A stretch of 64,000 nucleotides of DNA, from assembly GCA_013239625.1 (NCBI GenBank), contig MU054049.1, forward strand, positions 383,015-447,014, given 5' to 3'. Both the position numbers and the translations under genes were made by a program. This DNA is from Lama guanicoe. Lineage: Eukaryota. Of this stretch, positions 41,484-53,750 are shown in pieces (the stretch's first letter is position 1; the number at the start of each line of letters is the position of its first letter). A model generated the notes under the pieces. It did not search any database. It saw only the letters and a program-made list of their open reading frames with translations, and was not told the origin of the DNA.

Positions 41484-41699
41484 TTGTAAAAACAAAAGAA
41501 AAACAAAATGAGAATTCAAAAACAGGTAACATCCATCACGGGCTTGCTACTATGTTAAATGTTTTCCATGTATTACCTCACCTACTAAACTTCACAACAT
41601 CCTTCCAAGCCTGAACTTCCCCACTGGAAACCACAACCCCAATGGGATGATCTCACTTTACGTTCATGATTCCACATCTCAAACGGGCACTCAGCACTG

Positions 41700-43100
41700 C
41701 CTAGCAATCCAACTCCGTTTCCCTAGTTAGTTCACTTTCCTACTCTCCCAGAGGGACCCTCACATGTGTCTCCTCCCTGTTCTAATGCATCTCTTCCCTG
41801 CTCCCCTGCTGCCCTAACTCTCAGCCAGTGACCACCTTCACAGACAGATGGGGCCTCTACCACCTACCTGCACCTGCACCCGCACCCGTTTTCTCAGCTC
41901 CCCCTCTAGTGACAATGGAATGTGATTTCCTGCCCATTTCAAAGTCAACTACTCACCTGCTCTGGGGTCTCCTCCCCTCTTAAGTTATTCAAATTTTTCT
42001 CCCTTTCTGTGAGTTCAATCGCACTGGCATATAAACATATTCTGAATTTTCTCTGTCTTAAAAACAAAATTCCACTTGATCTTAAGACCCCATCTACTGC
42101 CCTAAGGCTGTTGTTGTTAAAATGACTAAAATCCTCCTAATTGCCAAATCATCTTGCACAGTAGCATTCACCATGGTTGACCACCAGCTCCCTCTCTTTT
42201 TGGCTTCCCTTTCTCTTCTCTCTGTCCACTGTCAACCTAGGTAGTTTCATCCAGTCCCTTAGTTTAAATACCACCTATATGGTGCCCATTCCAAAGGCCA
42301 GTTCTAGCCCTAACACTCCCCAGGACTTCAGATTCGAGTTTCCCATGGCCTGTTTGATGTCTCAGCTTAAAAGTCTACTAGGTGATTTATGTTGTATACA
42401 TTTTACCACACACACAAACACACACACACACAATCCACCAGGTGACTGACAGATGGAGAGAGGGATGGAGAGATGAAAAGATAGGTGAAAAAACAAGTGT
42501 AACTAAATGTTAATGGTGGGGTCTAGGTGGTGGGTGTATGGAGTTTACTATAAAATTCTCATTATATTGTTCATATGTTGCAACTTGGAAAAAACCTACT
42601 GGGCATCTCAAACCTAAGATACCCGAGACATAATTCTTGATTCCACCCATTAAACACACACACACACAATCCACCAGGTGATTGACAGATGGAGAGAAGG
42701 ATGGAGAGATGAAAAGGTAGGTGAAAAAACAAGTGTAACTAAATGTTAATGGTGGGGTATAGGTGGTGGGTGTATGGAGTTTACTATAAAATTCTCACTA
42801 TATTGTTCATATGTTGCAACTTGGAAAAAACCTACTAGGCATCTCAAACCTAAGATACCCGAGACATAATTCTTGATTCCACCCATTCCAAAAATGAAAC
42901 CTGCCTCACCTACAGTTTTCCCCATCTTATTAAATAGCAAGGTAAAAACCCAGAACAGCCTTGACTGGCTCTCTCCCACCTGGAATGTAAGTCCGTGCAG
43001 GAGGGATCTTGCCTATCTTGTTCATGGACGTTTCCAGCTTATAGAACAGTCCTGGTACAGAGAAGGTGTTCAAAAATAGCTGTGGGATTAATCATGTATT
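41700..43100 (+). mobile_element. L2 remnant interrupted by an old L1 3' fragment and a tandem duplication
   Basis: catccagtcccttagtttaaataccaccta, ggcatctcaaacctaa and a 3'-end motif near 43000-43090. Confidence 0.65.
42416..42887 (+). repeat. 236-bp tandem duplication (2 copies)
   Basis: Copies at 42416-42651 and 42652-42887; six substitutions by manual comparison. Confidence 0.95.
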
Positions 43101-43521
43101 AATGCCCTATTTCTCTCTGGGCCACTCAACCCTCACTGGTCCCTGAGTGAGAATGGAGCTCCTGGCCTCCAAACCTCCTCAGCCCAGGAAGCAGGGACCG
43201 TGACTGTGGCTTCTTATCAATCATAGCAGTTTCATGCTCTTCAGCGAGAGGTCAAGGCCTATCTTTACCACAGAGCCAAAGCACTTCGTGTCCCAAACCT
43301 GTCACACACAGGACCCACAACACGTGTTGCAGCTCAGTGCGGTATCACACTGCCCTGGCTGTCTCCCCGACGAGGCTGCGGCGCACTCTGTCCTCACCTC
43401 GCCCAGGGCCCACCCGAAACCTGCCCAGGGGGCCTCTCTGTGGCTGGGGCCACAGTCCACACCTTCAGCCCCTGGGCATCAATGGCATCTTGCTCTCAAG
43501 ACTGTTAGGTGGACCCAAGTC

Positions 43522-43793
43522 NNNNNNNNNNNNNNNNNNNNNNNNNNNNNNNNNNNNNNNNNNNNNNNNNNNNNNNNNNNNNNNNNNNNNNNNNNNNNNN
43601 NNNNNNNNNNNNNNNNNNNNNNNNNNNNNNNNNNNNNNNNNNNNNNNNNNNNNNNNNNNNNNNNNNNNNNNNNNNNNNNNNNNNNNNNNNNNNNNNNNNN
43701 NNNNNNNNNNNNNNNNNNNNNNNNNNNNNNNNNNNNNNNNNNNNNNNNNNNNNNNNNNNNNNNNNNNNNNNNNNNNNNNNNNNNNNNNNNNNN
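43522..43793. other. Assembly gap (272 N)
   Basis: Run of N. Confidence 1.
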
Positions 43794-43820
43794 CCACCCC
43801 CCGCCCCGCCACCAGCCCAC

Positions 43821-43873
43821 CTCGCCAGTTGGGTTCCCGCGGGAGCCCGCCGGTCCTGCGGGATCGCTGCCAT
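43821..43873 (-). pseudogene. Candidate first coding exon MAAIPQDRRAPAGTQLAR
   Basis: ATGG inside the CpG island followed by donor GAG|gtgggc (phase 2). Confidence 0.4.
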
Positions 43874-43923
43874 CCAATCCTGGCGGCTCCCGCGAGCCTG
43901 CGCACTGGAGCCTCACCCTGCGC

Positions 43924-43990
43924 CGGCGCCCTCTGCTGCCGGGCCGGAGGCAGCAGTGCCTCCCCCTGCTGGCCCTCCGAAGCACTGCAG
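43924..43990 (-). promoter_or_regulatory. Two tandem CTCF-like motifs
   Basis: Minus strand GGCAGCAGAGGGCGCC and GGCCAGCAGGGGGAGG, the latter preceded by an upstream TGCAGTGC module. Confidence 0.55.
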
Positions 43991-46689
43991 CGGTCTCCTC
44001 GGATCCAGGGGAGGATTCCCTGTGGTTGCCCTGGATCACCGCCCTGTCTCTGTCGCCCAAGCCAGGCTCATAATGCCAGCAATACTCTGAGCCATGCCCA
44101 CATCCTAAACCACTGAGGTGATCGCCTGGTTTACACCTGCCTCTAAGCTCCCTAATGAATTGGAGAGGGGCGGGGTAAGGGGTCTGGTTTGCAGTGTCAC
44201 AAAGGGGTAGTAGTGTTTGGGCATTTTGGACAGGATATAGTATTGCAGAAGGAGTCACTAGCCTGTGCCAGAACGTGAGGTCAGTTGGCTACGAGGTCAC
44301 GTGAGACAGTTTCAGCTAGGGTGGTCAGTGTAGGGGGAGTTCAGCTGGTAGGCATTGCCTCAGTACAAGACAGAATCTTTTTAGCTTAACAAGTGCACCT
44401 CTCTCCATGACCAGAGCCACTCTGGCGGATCCAGATCCCTTAAAGTCATGATGAGACCTGCTTTACTTAACCTATAGCCTCCAGTGTTGGTCCAGGGGAG
44501 TCATATTCTTGAGCTGAGCTGGGGCTGAGCAAAAACAGCCACCCTCGGTCCAGGCATGGAGGGGCTGGCCTCCACTTCTGAAAGTCACTGATAGTAGATG
44601 CCATCTCTCAACCAGCAGTCTCGCCTTCCCTGCTGAACTGTGACCCATCTGCCCCTTTCAAGTGCAAGAATTTACTGCTGAAATGGCCCCTCATCCCAAG
44701 CTACATGTATCCAGACACAATCAGAGAGGACTCCTGAGGGCCTCTCAGACCCCCGTAGATAGCTTGCACCCAGGACCTCAGCACCCAGTCATTTCTTCAC
44801 AGTCCCCGAGGCCCATGTTCAAGTTCAGGGTTGTCTAAACCTGGCTTGGGGCCAGGGAAGAGCAAATAACTAAGAACAAGAAACACAGACCAAAAAAAAA
44901 TTTAAAAATCGTTTCAGCAAAACCACTCTTCTACGGGAGCCACTGTGGTACAGGCCTCTGCTGTGAAGCCTGGTTTATTTTTATTTTTTTATTTAATTTT
45001 TTCCAGTTTATTTTTAGATGGTGTTCTTCACAAGCAGCACCACCAAGTGTGAGTCGATGAGGATCGTGAGCTTGGAAGGAGCTCTGGGGCTGTTTCTGTG
45101 TGTGTCTTTCTCTCTGTTCTGCTGTGAGACACTTCCCATAAAAGACTCTATTAAAATAAATTGTGGAGAGTTCAACCCCAATAAATATCCCAGGGGAGGC
45201 TGAAAACTATTTCATTTAAAAAGCAGAACATGCAGTTACCTTGTTGTGAACTTCCTGCTGCCTAGTTCCTGAGCCTGGCACATGTCGATACCCAATAAAT
45301 AGGAATTGATGGATCCATTAGTGGGTGGCTCACCCGTTTGCAGAGCAACAACCAGTCCGTCGCTCTGAGCACACACACCCAAGGGAGAGAGACTGTTTAG
45401 GCTTTCACAGGAGAGCTGCTAAGTTGGCAGGCCAGCCTGTCACAAACTCTGGCCCATAAATGCCCTGCTTTCTACTTCCCAGCTCTGCTTATTAACAATC
45501 AAATAATGATGTGGCAGAAAGTGAAATGCAAACACTGCCAAATTCTAAGACAGGAGCTGGATGCACACCTTTCAGACCTCATGTATTCAGTCTTCTCAAA
45601 GTGGAGGACGGGACACCTTCGTGCCATTCATCAGCCACATATTTCTGTGATGCTCACCAGTGCACCCCTCTGTGAGCTAAGGGTCTGGCTTTCTCTCTGT
45701 TTGGGTCCACATCACCCCTGCTTGTTTCAGGACATATCCAGACTGTGCCCCACCTGTAGGTTCACTTAGCTCTAAAAGGGCTTCCACATCCTTACCCTAC
45801 CATGGGTATCTGCAGTGTGCTCCGGGGTGGCCCTCTGTCTCTCTGTTCTCCCACCAAGCTCGTTGTTTCAGCCATTTCCTCTCACCTTTAGATTGCTCAG
45901 GCATCGATCAGACACCAAGCCGTTGTGTCCCGCAAATTGCAGGAGACAGTAAATTATTCACTTAAAGTTCCTGTCATGCACACAGAGGTCTTGAAGGAGA
46001 AGCACCACCTTCCTTCCTCTCCTCCCCAAGGCTGGAAGCAAAAATGCCACAGCACTGCAACAACCCTTTACGGTGGAATTTTCCATTCCTGGCCACTTTA
46101 CCCTCTGAAGCTTTATAGACTGTGGATGGGTGATCACCAGGGCTGCTGGCTTGCCAGGGAGGAGGTGACTCATAAAGCATGAGTAGGTAATAATTGAAGG
46201 AAGAAGGGAGAGTGTGCTGTCTGGATGTGGAAGTCCACTCCATGAGCAGCACATGAAGGAGCCTGAGAGAGCATGGCATATCCTAGGAGCTTCACAGGAC
46301 TGCAGGAGAAATTGAGAGCTTGAGGGCTGGTCTGAGATGAAATCAGAGTCAGAGAACCGACTTGTAGCCACATCCTGCAGTGTTTTCCATACTATGCTAG
46401 GAAATTTGACTGTTGTCCCACAGGATTAGCCATCAAATGATATCAAACAAGGGAGTGCATGTTTTTATTTGCCTCTTAGCCTGCTGTCTTTGGGTGCAGT
46501 GTGGAGAGGCATGGTGAGAGTGAAGACTTCTTTGGTGTGAGCTAAGAGCATTAATAAGCAATATTCCAAGGATCTTCCAATCAGAGTAAAGAATTTCTCT
46601 TTGTTCTGGTTTCTTCTCAGTATTTCTAATACCGTCTTGAAAGCCACTCATTCTCCTTGCTTGGCCAACTTCATAGGGAGGCACCGTGA

Positions 46690-47170
46690 TTGAGAGAAAG
46701 GCTTTATTCCAAAGTGACCTGGGTTTTATTTCAGCATCACTATTTACTTGTAATTTCAGACAAATATTGAGCCTCTCTGGGTCTCAGTTTCTTCATATAT
46801 AAAAATGACCCTAATAATGTATGAGTCAGAATAAACTAGATTATATTGCTGTAATAAACAAACCGCCAGATCTTGGTCACTTAGAGCAGCGAAGTTTTGA
46901 TTCTTGCTCTCAATGCACATCCAGTGTGGGTCAGCTGGAACCTCTGCTCCATGATCCTTGGCTTCAACCTGCAGGCTGATGGAGGACCCACCATCTCACA
47001 CCCTGTGATCATCTGGCTAATGCGGAAAGAGATCTCTAGACGGTTCAGCACCTGCGATTAAATGCGTGGATGTGTCTACAGTTAGTCTGGATACAGTATG
47101 CATTACTTCTGCTCCTAACTTTTGGTCATAACTAATCATATGGCCCCTTCCACTACAAATACGTACCCCA
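46690..47170. mobile_element. MIR fragment followed by an MLT1-type LTR (minus)
   Basis: tctcagtttcttcatatataaaaatg, then tgtatgagtcag...tgctgtaataaacaaacc. Confidence 0.55.
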
Positions 47171-47308
47171 CAAGACCGTGGTGGGGGTTAAACACAAAGT
47201 GCTGGACACAGAACCTGAAACCCACCAGGTTCTGACAAAGCTCTTGGATGAAGCATAACCTCCACCCACAGCTGCCGTGAAGACTCCCAGCTTCTCGCTG
47301 AGAAGTAC

Positions 47309-47408
47309 TTTAGGAAAAGGACTGTGTCTTCAACAACAAATGGGCATTGGGCCTCCCATTTCAAAGTGATAGAAGGAAACTTGAAAATTCCAGCGAAGGA
47401 AAGCCTGG
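47309..47408 (-). pseudogene. Exon RLSFAGIFKFPSITLKWEAQCPFVVEDTVLFLK
   Basis: Branch-like cctaat plus ccttttggatttctgtttctcag acceptor; open in phase 1; donor uncertain (AAA|gtactt, or GAG|gttatg at 47260). Confidence 0.5.
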
Positions 47409-48989
47409 CTGAGAAACAGAAATCCAAAAGGATTAGGATTGGCAAATGCCTCTATTTTCAAGGCATAGACATAGAGGGTCCTGGTACAGAACTGGGGGGA
47501 AGGCAGCTGAATATCCCTGTGTAAGATGGAAGGCTTTTGATTGCAAGCCAAATGCGCTTAAATACGAGTAGATTTATAACCATGTGAATTCCAAGTCCCA
47601 CTGCAGGGCAGGGTTCCAGGCTGGTTGATTCGGCAGCTCAAGAAGGACCAAGATTCTTTCCACCTTTTTGCTCAGGCCTCCACAGGGTTGGTTTCATTTG
47701 CTTCATCTTAAGCCTGGTTCCTCTCGAGGTCACGGGAAGGCTGCCAGAAGTTACCCACTGGTGTAGAGAAACTGCTTTCCGGAAACTTTCCCTAAAGACA
47801 CATGGGGTGCTTCTCTAAAAGTCCCTGCAAAATAGCTGCTTTTATTTCACTAGCTTAAACGTAATCATTCTTATAGAAAAAGGAGTTGCCTTTAAACGAA
47901 TTGAGTCTTACCCTGGCAGGATGAAGGAGGAAAGAATGCTGAAGAGACAACTAATCGTCCACTCGGTACCCAATGAAAATAAGCAGGTCTGGTTTTAGTG
48001 ACCGATTTAGAGATGGAAGCTTTTGAATGCTGGTCTTAGCAGTGTTTTATCAGAGAGATGGGATGACCTGGTAAGGCCTGCCCTCAGCCAGCGAGGGGTC
48101 TAACGGAGTACAGAGGAAGGATCCCTCCCTCTCCTCACCCTCCACAGCCGTGAGATGTGTCCATTTACACTCACCTTTAATCTCTCCCTCCTTCCGCTGC
48201 TTGTGTATTACAGCTTCACAGCACAGCTGTCTTTTGGGTCCGTCCTACAGAATCTCTTGTAGATCAAGCCACTTCATAGCATCACTTTGAGGCCCCAGTA
48301 ACTATATCCCTTGCAATGGAATTCAAGATAATGCCACCTCATTGAAAATTCCCTCACTAGGGTACCACATCTCCAGAGATACCTCAGATTCAAAATGTTA
48401 CAAAACCAAACTGATCACCAAATATGATCTTCCTGCCCAACTCAGTGGATGGGGCCACTCTTCTTTCCACTCCAGAATCAGCAGTGGTCTCCAGAGTGAT
48501 CTGATCACTTGTCGTCTCTCCTGCAGCAGTCCTTCCTCCATCCCACACACCAGGCTCATCGTTCTGACTAGACATCTGGTTATAACAGACACCCGCGAAC
48601 AGCCCAGTGTAGTTTATAATCTGTCCCCGCCCCACCTCTTAACTCCTCCCCTACATTTTAGCACCCCCGACCCCAGCTCACTCTGTCCGTAGCTGCATCT
48701 TGGTTGCAGCTTCTCATGCCCTTAAGTGTTTACACGGCTCCTCTCAGAGGAGTGAATGTCTTGCTACGCCATCCCAGGCTCTGGCATGACTAATATTTCC
48801 TTCTGGGAAAACTCCCTGTTTTCTGTACAACATTCATTTCTATGCCATCATTACAGCATTATCCCCATTGATTATAGTGATGTGTTTGTATTTTGTCTCC
48901 TTCACAGGATGCAAGTTCCCAGTGGGCAGTCATCATTCACGTTCATCTCTACCCTCCTCGAGCCTCGTCCATAGCCTGCGATACGGTAC

Positions 48990-49115
48990 GTGCTGCAGAG
49001 ACATGCAGAGCTGGTCCAGATAGTCTTCTTGGTTTTCTCCAGGATTGCTTGACCCTGAAGCTGAGTCCTTTATTCTGCAGCCGAGATGTGTGTGGTTGAA
49101 GGATGGAGTTGTAAT
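48990..49115 (-). pseudogene. Exon YNSILQPHTSRLQNKGLSFRVKQSWRKPRRLSGPALHVSAA
   Basis: Acceptor ttattttttatag, 126 nt, open in phase 1, weak donor CAC|gtaccg. Confidence 0.45.
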
Positions 49116-50256
49116 CTATAAAAAATAATCCTAATATCACCACAAGTGCCACAGTGATGGCACTGTGTCGATGGGCTCTTGGGGAATCGTGTGGGATCCA
49201 GACGGTTGGCAGAGGAGGCTGAGTGCTGTCCCTCTCGGTCAGTGGCTCTGTAACGTTCTGTGGAACCTGCCCTGCTAATCTGTGAGCAGTCATAGCATGG
49301 TTAAAGCGGAGTTTGGAAGACCCCTTTTTAAAATTAATCTTTCTTATTTTGCAGTAATTAAAGGTTCACATGCAATTATATGAAATAATACAGATGATCC
49401 CCTGTCCCCTTCACCCAGTTTGCCCAGCGGTAACATCTTATAAAACTAGGACAGCATCACAACCAGGATATCAACATTAATAGAATCCACCCTTCTTGTT
49501 TGCGTTTCTTTTGTTCTATTTGTGTGTGTGTATGTGTCTTTTAAGTTCTATACAACCTAAAATTGACAACATCAACTATATTTTAATTTTTTTAAGTGCC
49601 ATACAATTTTATCACATGGGTGGGCCCCTGTATCCACCATCATAGTCAAGATACAGAACAGTTCCATCACCTTCAGGATCCTTCCTGGTGCCCTCCTGTA
49701 ACCACACCCATTTCCTTCCTACCTGCCCCTCTCCTCCCCTGCTTCCTCCTAAACCTAGAGTAACCACAAATCTGTTCTCCATTTTTACAACCCTATCATT
49801 TGAAGAATGTTACATAAATGGAATCGTACTGTGCAAACTTTTGCAACTGGCTTTTTTCTCAGCGTAATTGTCTAGCAGTCCATCCAAGCCTGTGTCAATA
49901 GTTTGGTCCTTTTGGTATGGCTGTACCAAAGTCTGTTTACCTGTTCACCTGCTTGAAGGGCATCTGGATTATTTCCAGGTTTGGGCTGTTACAAATAAAA
50001 CTGCTGTGAACATTCATGTACAGGTTTTTGTGTGGACGCGCTTCTGTTTCTCTGAGATAAATGCCTAATGTGCCATTGCTGAGTCTTATGGTAATTCAAT
50101 GTTTACTTTCTTGTGGGAAATTTCCCAGAGTGACTATGCCCATTTAAATACCCATCAGCAATGTAGGAGGGACCCAATTCAACCATATCTTCATCAGCAT
50201 TTGGTGTTATTGCTTTTTTTTTTATTTTACATTTTGATACATGTATAGAGATAACT

Positions 50257-50443
50257 TTTTTTTATTGAAGTATAGTCAGTTACAATGTGTCAGTTTCTGG
50301 TGTACAGCATAATGTTTCAGTCATACATATATATCCATATATTCGTTTTCATATTCTTTTTCATTAAGGGTTACTACAAGATATTGAATATAGTCCTTGT
50401 GCTCTACAGAAGAAATTAATTTTTTGTCTATTTTTATATATAG
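50257..50443 (-). mobile_element. Young lineage-specific L1 3' end
   Basis: T tail plus ttgaagtatagtcagttacaatg; TSD tagagata(a/t)ct at 50246-50256 and 50444-50454. Confidence 0.85.
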
Positions 50444-51294
50444 TAGAGATATCTTATTGTGGTTTGACTTTGCATTTCCCTAGTAGCAAATGAGATTGAA
50501 CATCTTTCATGTGCTTGTCACTTATATATCATCCCCAGGGAAGTATCTGATCATGTCTTCTGCCTATTTTCTAATTGGATTTTTTGGTATTTTACTGTTG
50601 GGTGTTGAGAGTTCTTTATATAGTCTAGATGGTAGTCCTTTGTTGGATATGTACTTTGCAAATGCTTTCTCTCAGCTTACAGCATTTTTCATCCTCTTGG
50701 CAGAATCTTTCATGGGGCAAAAGATCAATTTATTAATTTTTCCTTTTATGAATCATGCTTTTGGTGTCAATTCTAAGAACTCTTTGCCTAGCCCTAGATC
50801 CCAATTCTTTCCTTTTCATTTTCTAAAAGTCTTATAGTTTTACACTTAGATTTAAGTCCATGATCCATTTTGAGTTTATTTTTGTACAGGGTGTGATGTT
50901 TAGTTTAATGTTCTTTTTTTTTGGTCAATGGCTGTCCGTTTGTTGAAAGGCTACTCTTTTTCCATTAAATGTCTTCTGCACCTTTGTCAAACATCAGTTG
51001 GGAATATCTGTGCAGGTTTATTTCTGGGTTCTTTTTTCTAGCCCATTGGTCTACATGTCTATCCCTCTGCCACGGTATGCAGACTGGATTATGGTAGCTA
51101 TTTAATAAGTCTTAATATTGGGTCCAGTAATTCCTCCCACTTTCTTCTACTTTTTCAAGATGATTTTAGCTATTCTAGGGCTTGTGCCTCTTCGGGACAT
51201 ATTTTTAATTTATATAATGTAAATGATACAATAAAATTTATCAAATGACTTTTAGAATATGCTTACCTATGTCTACAGAATACCTGGTGGGATT

Positions 51295-51413
51295 GAGGAG
51301 GGTACAGCTCAGTGGTAGAGCACATGCTTAGCATGCACAAGGTCCTAGGTTCAATTCATTAAAAAAACAATAACAATAAATATATAAACCTAATTACCTT
51401 CCCCCTAAAAAAA
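51295..51413 (+). mobile_element. tRNA-derived SINE (Vic-1-like)
   Basis: A-box agctcagtggtagagc, B-box ggttcaattc, cctaattacc tail and an A run. Confidence 0.85.
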
Positions 51414-51647
51414 GTGCCTTACAGGGAATTTGGTAAGAACATTAGACCTCTAAACTAGTTTGGGGAGAACTGACATCTTTACTGTGTTGAGATGGGAAGC
51501 CCACTATGGCTCTGCAACTCAGTGATGAATGTGGACATGTCTGAACAATCTCATACAAGTGGTGTGCTGGCATACAATTGGAGCGTATAAAAGTTAATGG
51601 CAGAGAGGGAAGATGGGAGGCCTGGGCAAAGTCTTAAAGAGTTTGGA

Positions 51648-51830
51648 TCAGTGGTTCCCAAATCTGGCCACACATACAGTTCTCTGCTGAGCTTGGTAAG
51701 AAGTACACATTTCTGGGTTTCACTCTAGCCCTGCTCAATCAGAGTCTCCAGCATTGAGGCCGGGGGAGCTTTATTTCTAACATCCTCCCCAGCTGATTCT
51801 CAGGCACAGCTAGTTTGGAGAAGGTGCGAT
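51648..51830. mobile_element. MER5-type MITE
   Basis: cagtggttcccaaatctggc...catcctccccagctgattct. Confidence 0.65.
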
Positions 51831-52190
51831 ACAGAAGCCAGCCGTGGAAGCAGTTTGCAGGCAACGGGCTGAGTCCCTTAGGACTGCACGCTTCTTTCTG
51901 ATATTTGTCCTGAAACAAAGCAAGTGGCAGCTGCGGTCAAGTCCACCTAAGACAAGTGAACATGTCCTTCATGAGATATGACTTGTTGTAAGTTTTAAAG
52001 GATGCATGACTCCATTCATAACCCTGGGGAGAGGGAGGAAGTACCTTTCCTATAAGGAGGAGGACTAGATTCATTTTGAACCTGTAGCCACCCATTTCTT
52101 TTCCAAAGAGGAAATAAGCATCCAGAGTTCAGCAGGGTACAAGCAGTTGCAAACCAGTAAATACTGTTATTTATTCGCTGTATTGCATAC

Positions 52191-52334
52191 TTGGTAACGC
52201 CCTAACCTGGCGGCCTAGGGCACTGAGGGAGCTGACTCCAGCCCCGAGAGCGTTGGAAAGAAGACTGTCCAGATGCCTCGAAACTTCTTTTTCATTTAAA
52301 CAGCAGAACAAATCAAATAACCTATAAGACTTTT
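52191..52334 (-). pseudogene. Exon KSYRLFDLFCCLNEKEVSRHLDSLLSNALGAGVSSLSALGRQVRALP
   Basis: Acceptor cctgttctctttctaatag, donor CAA|gtatgc, 144 nt, open, phase 1 to phase 1. Confidence 0.55.
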
Positions 52335-52449
52335 CTATTAGAAAGAGAACAGGCAATTAGAAATAAAACACATAGAGATGAGTTCATAAATTAAAGTTTA
52401 GAGCACCGGCTTCTTTAAACCTCTGTCATTGTTTTTGTTTGTTCTCTCT

Positions 52450-53750
52450 CTTTCTTTCTCTTTTCTATTTCAATCTCTTTATTTTCAATGTAAAATTCAT
52501 TATGTAGGTAATAAATATAAAAGTAAAGGAATTTGTAACAAAATATATTCTCCTAATTCCATCACTCAAACGTGGGGTGACTTCTCTCCCATCGTTGCTT
52601 AGTCCCTTCAATTCATTGTCCTCTTCTGCATGCAGACATGCTTTCCTGTTGCTTTAATCAGTTGGCATACACTTTAGGGTTAATATATCAAACACTTTTC
52701 TGAGTTGTGATTTTTTTGTACTTACTTTATTGTTTTCTTGGCTGCAGAATATCCCCTTATCCCCTGTACTAAAACTGTCTTTCTTTTCACCCTGTGGTCT
52801 TTAACATTACCATATTTTATTCTATGACCATTTCTAGTCTATTCTGTCCATTTTTTTCACTACACACATTGTCTTGATTATGACTACATTCTAAGGCATT
52901 TCAGCCATTTTCACTTTGTTATTTTTCTCAAGAATGCTGAGATAAGCATCTTAAAATAAACGGATTTTTCCTTATGCTGAATTATTTCTCTGGGATACAG
53001 GAATAGCATTGTTAGGTCATTGGGTATACATATTTTTACGGCTTTTGATATTTCTGAGAATACCAGCTTCACCAAAGTTTTGCCAAAATTGGGTAGTATT
53101 TTTTTAATTTTGTGAATGTGATGGATGCAAATTCATACATTGGCATTATTTTTATTAGAATATGTGTTCATCTACCATTTGTGTTTTTATCACACACGTT
53201 GTCTATTGAAATCCTTTATTAACATATTGTAAATTATAATGGGCTTTCTAAATATAATCAACATTCATCTCTATTCACAATTACATCAATGTTTTACAAA
53301 TTCATAGCTCCTATTTTTATATTAATTTTGTCATTGTTACTATACGAAGTTTTCACTTTTTCAATGTTGTCGGTTTTGTAGGTTTTTTGTTATGCTTTTT
53401 ATCTCTTGCTGGCAGCTAGTAGACGTTTATTACTCCTCTGTAGATCTGATAAAGCTTGAGTCTGTTTTCTACCAGTTTGCCTATGTGTTTTTAATTTAAT
53501 CAAGCTTTAAATTAAATTTAATGTAATTTTAGTAGATGAAGGGAATTTCGAGTCTAAATCGTCTTTTCCAGCTACCCCAGTTCTGTCTTTGAAGTTGGCC
53601 TCCCTCCCCCAAATGAGACACTGACTGCCATGCGTCCCCCGTTACATAGCACTGAGAGTGTTCCTTGGCTCACACTGTGGCCCACTGGGTCTGTTTCTTT
53701 TGTACACTTGATAATCCCAAGTTTTAGCTTTTTAGTGTTCTGTCATGGTG
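52450..53750 (-). mobile_element. Very old L1 (L1ME-like) remnant
   Basis: T-rich sequence with attatttctctgggata...attgttaggtca motifs. Confidence 0.5.

Larger units (their letters stand above)
877..43873 (-). pseudogene. Left-hand decayed multi-exon gene of unknown identity (candidate unitary pseudogene); probably continues past the left window edge
   Basis: Minus-strand exon-like segments with AG/GT boundaries at 43821-43873, 41338-41483, 41142-41191, 29080-29200, 28763-28907, 26391-26697, 22591-22695, 12511-12601, 11951-12072, 11450-11615, 8896-8954 and 877-1024. Several junctions are phase-compatible. There are multiple in-frame stops and two AG>AA acceptors. Confidence 0.6.
43300..44050. 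promoter_or_regulatory. CpG island / GC-rich promoter-like region, interrupted by the gap
   Basis: Dense CpG at 43794-44050, GC boxes ccccgccccgcc at about 43797-43810, and CpGs also at 43320-43420. Confidence 0.7.
49330..51495 (-). mobile_element. L1MC-like 3' portion
   Basis: cccttcacccagtttgcccagcggtaacatctt; ttgcatttccctagtagcaaatgagattgaacatctt; gggagaactgacatctttactgtgttgag. Confidence 0.85.

Noticed and set aside
43234..44258. Long ORFs of 122-279 aa in the ORF track
   Set aside because: Their length comes from reading through the 272-N gap and GC-rich sequence.
51295..51365. tRNA-like A and B boxes (also 5928-5985)
   Set aside because: These are SINE heads with A-rich tails and no complete cloverleaf.
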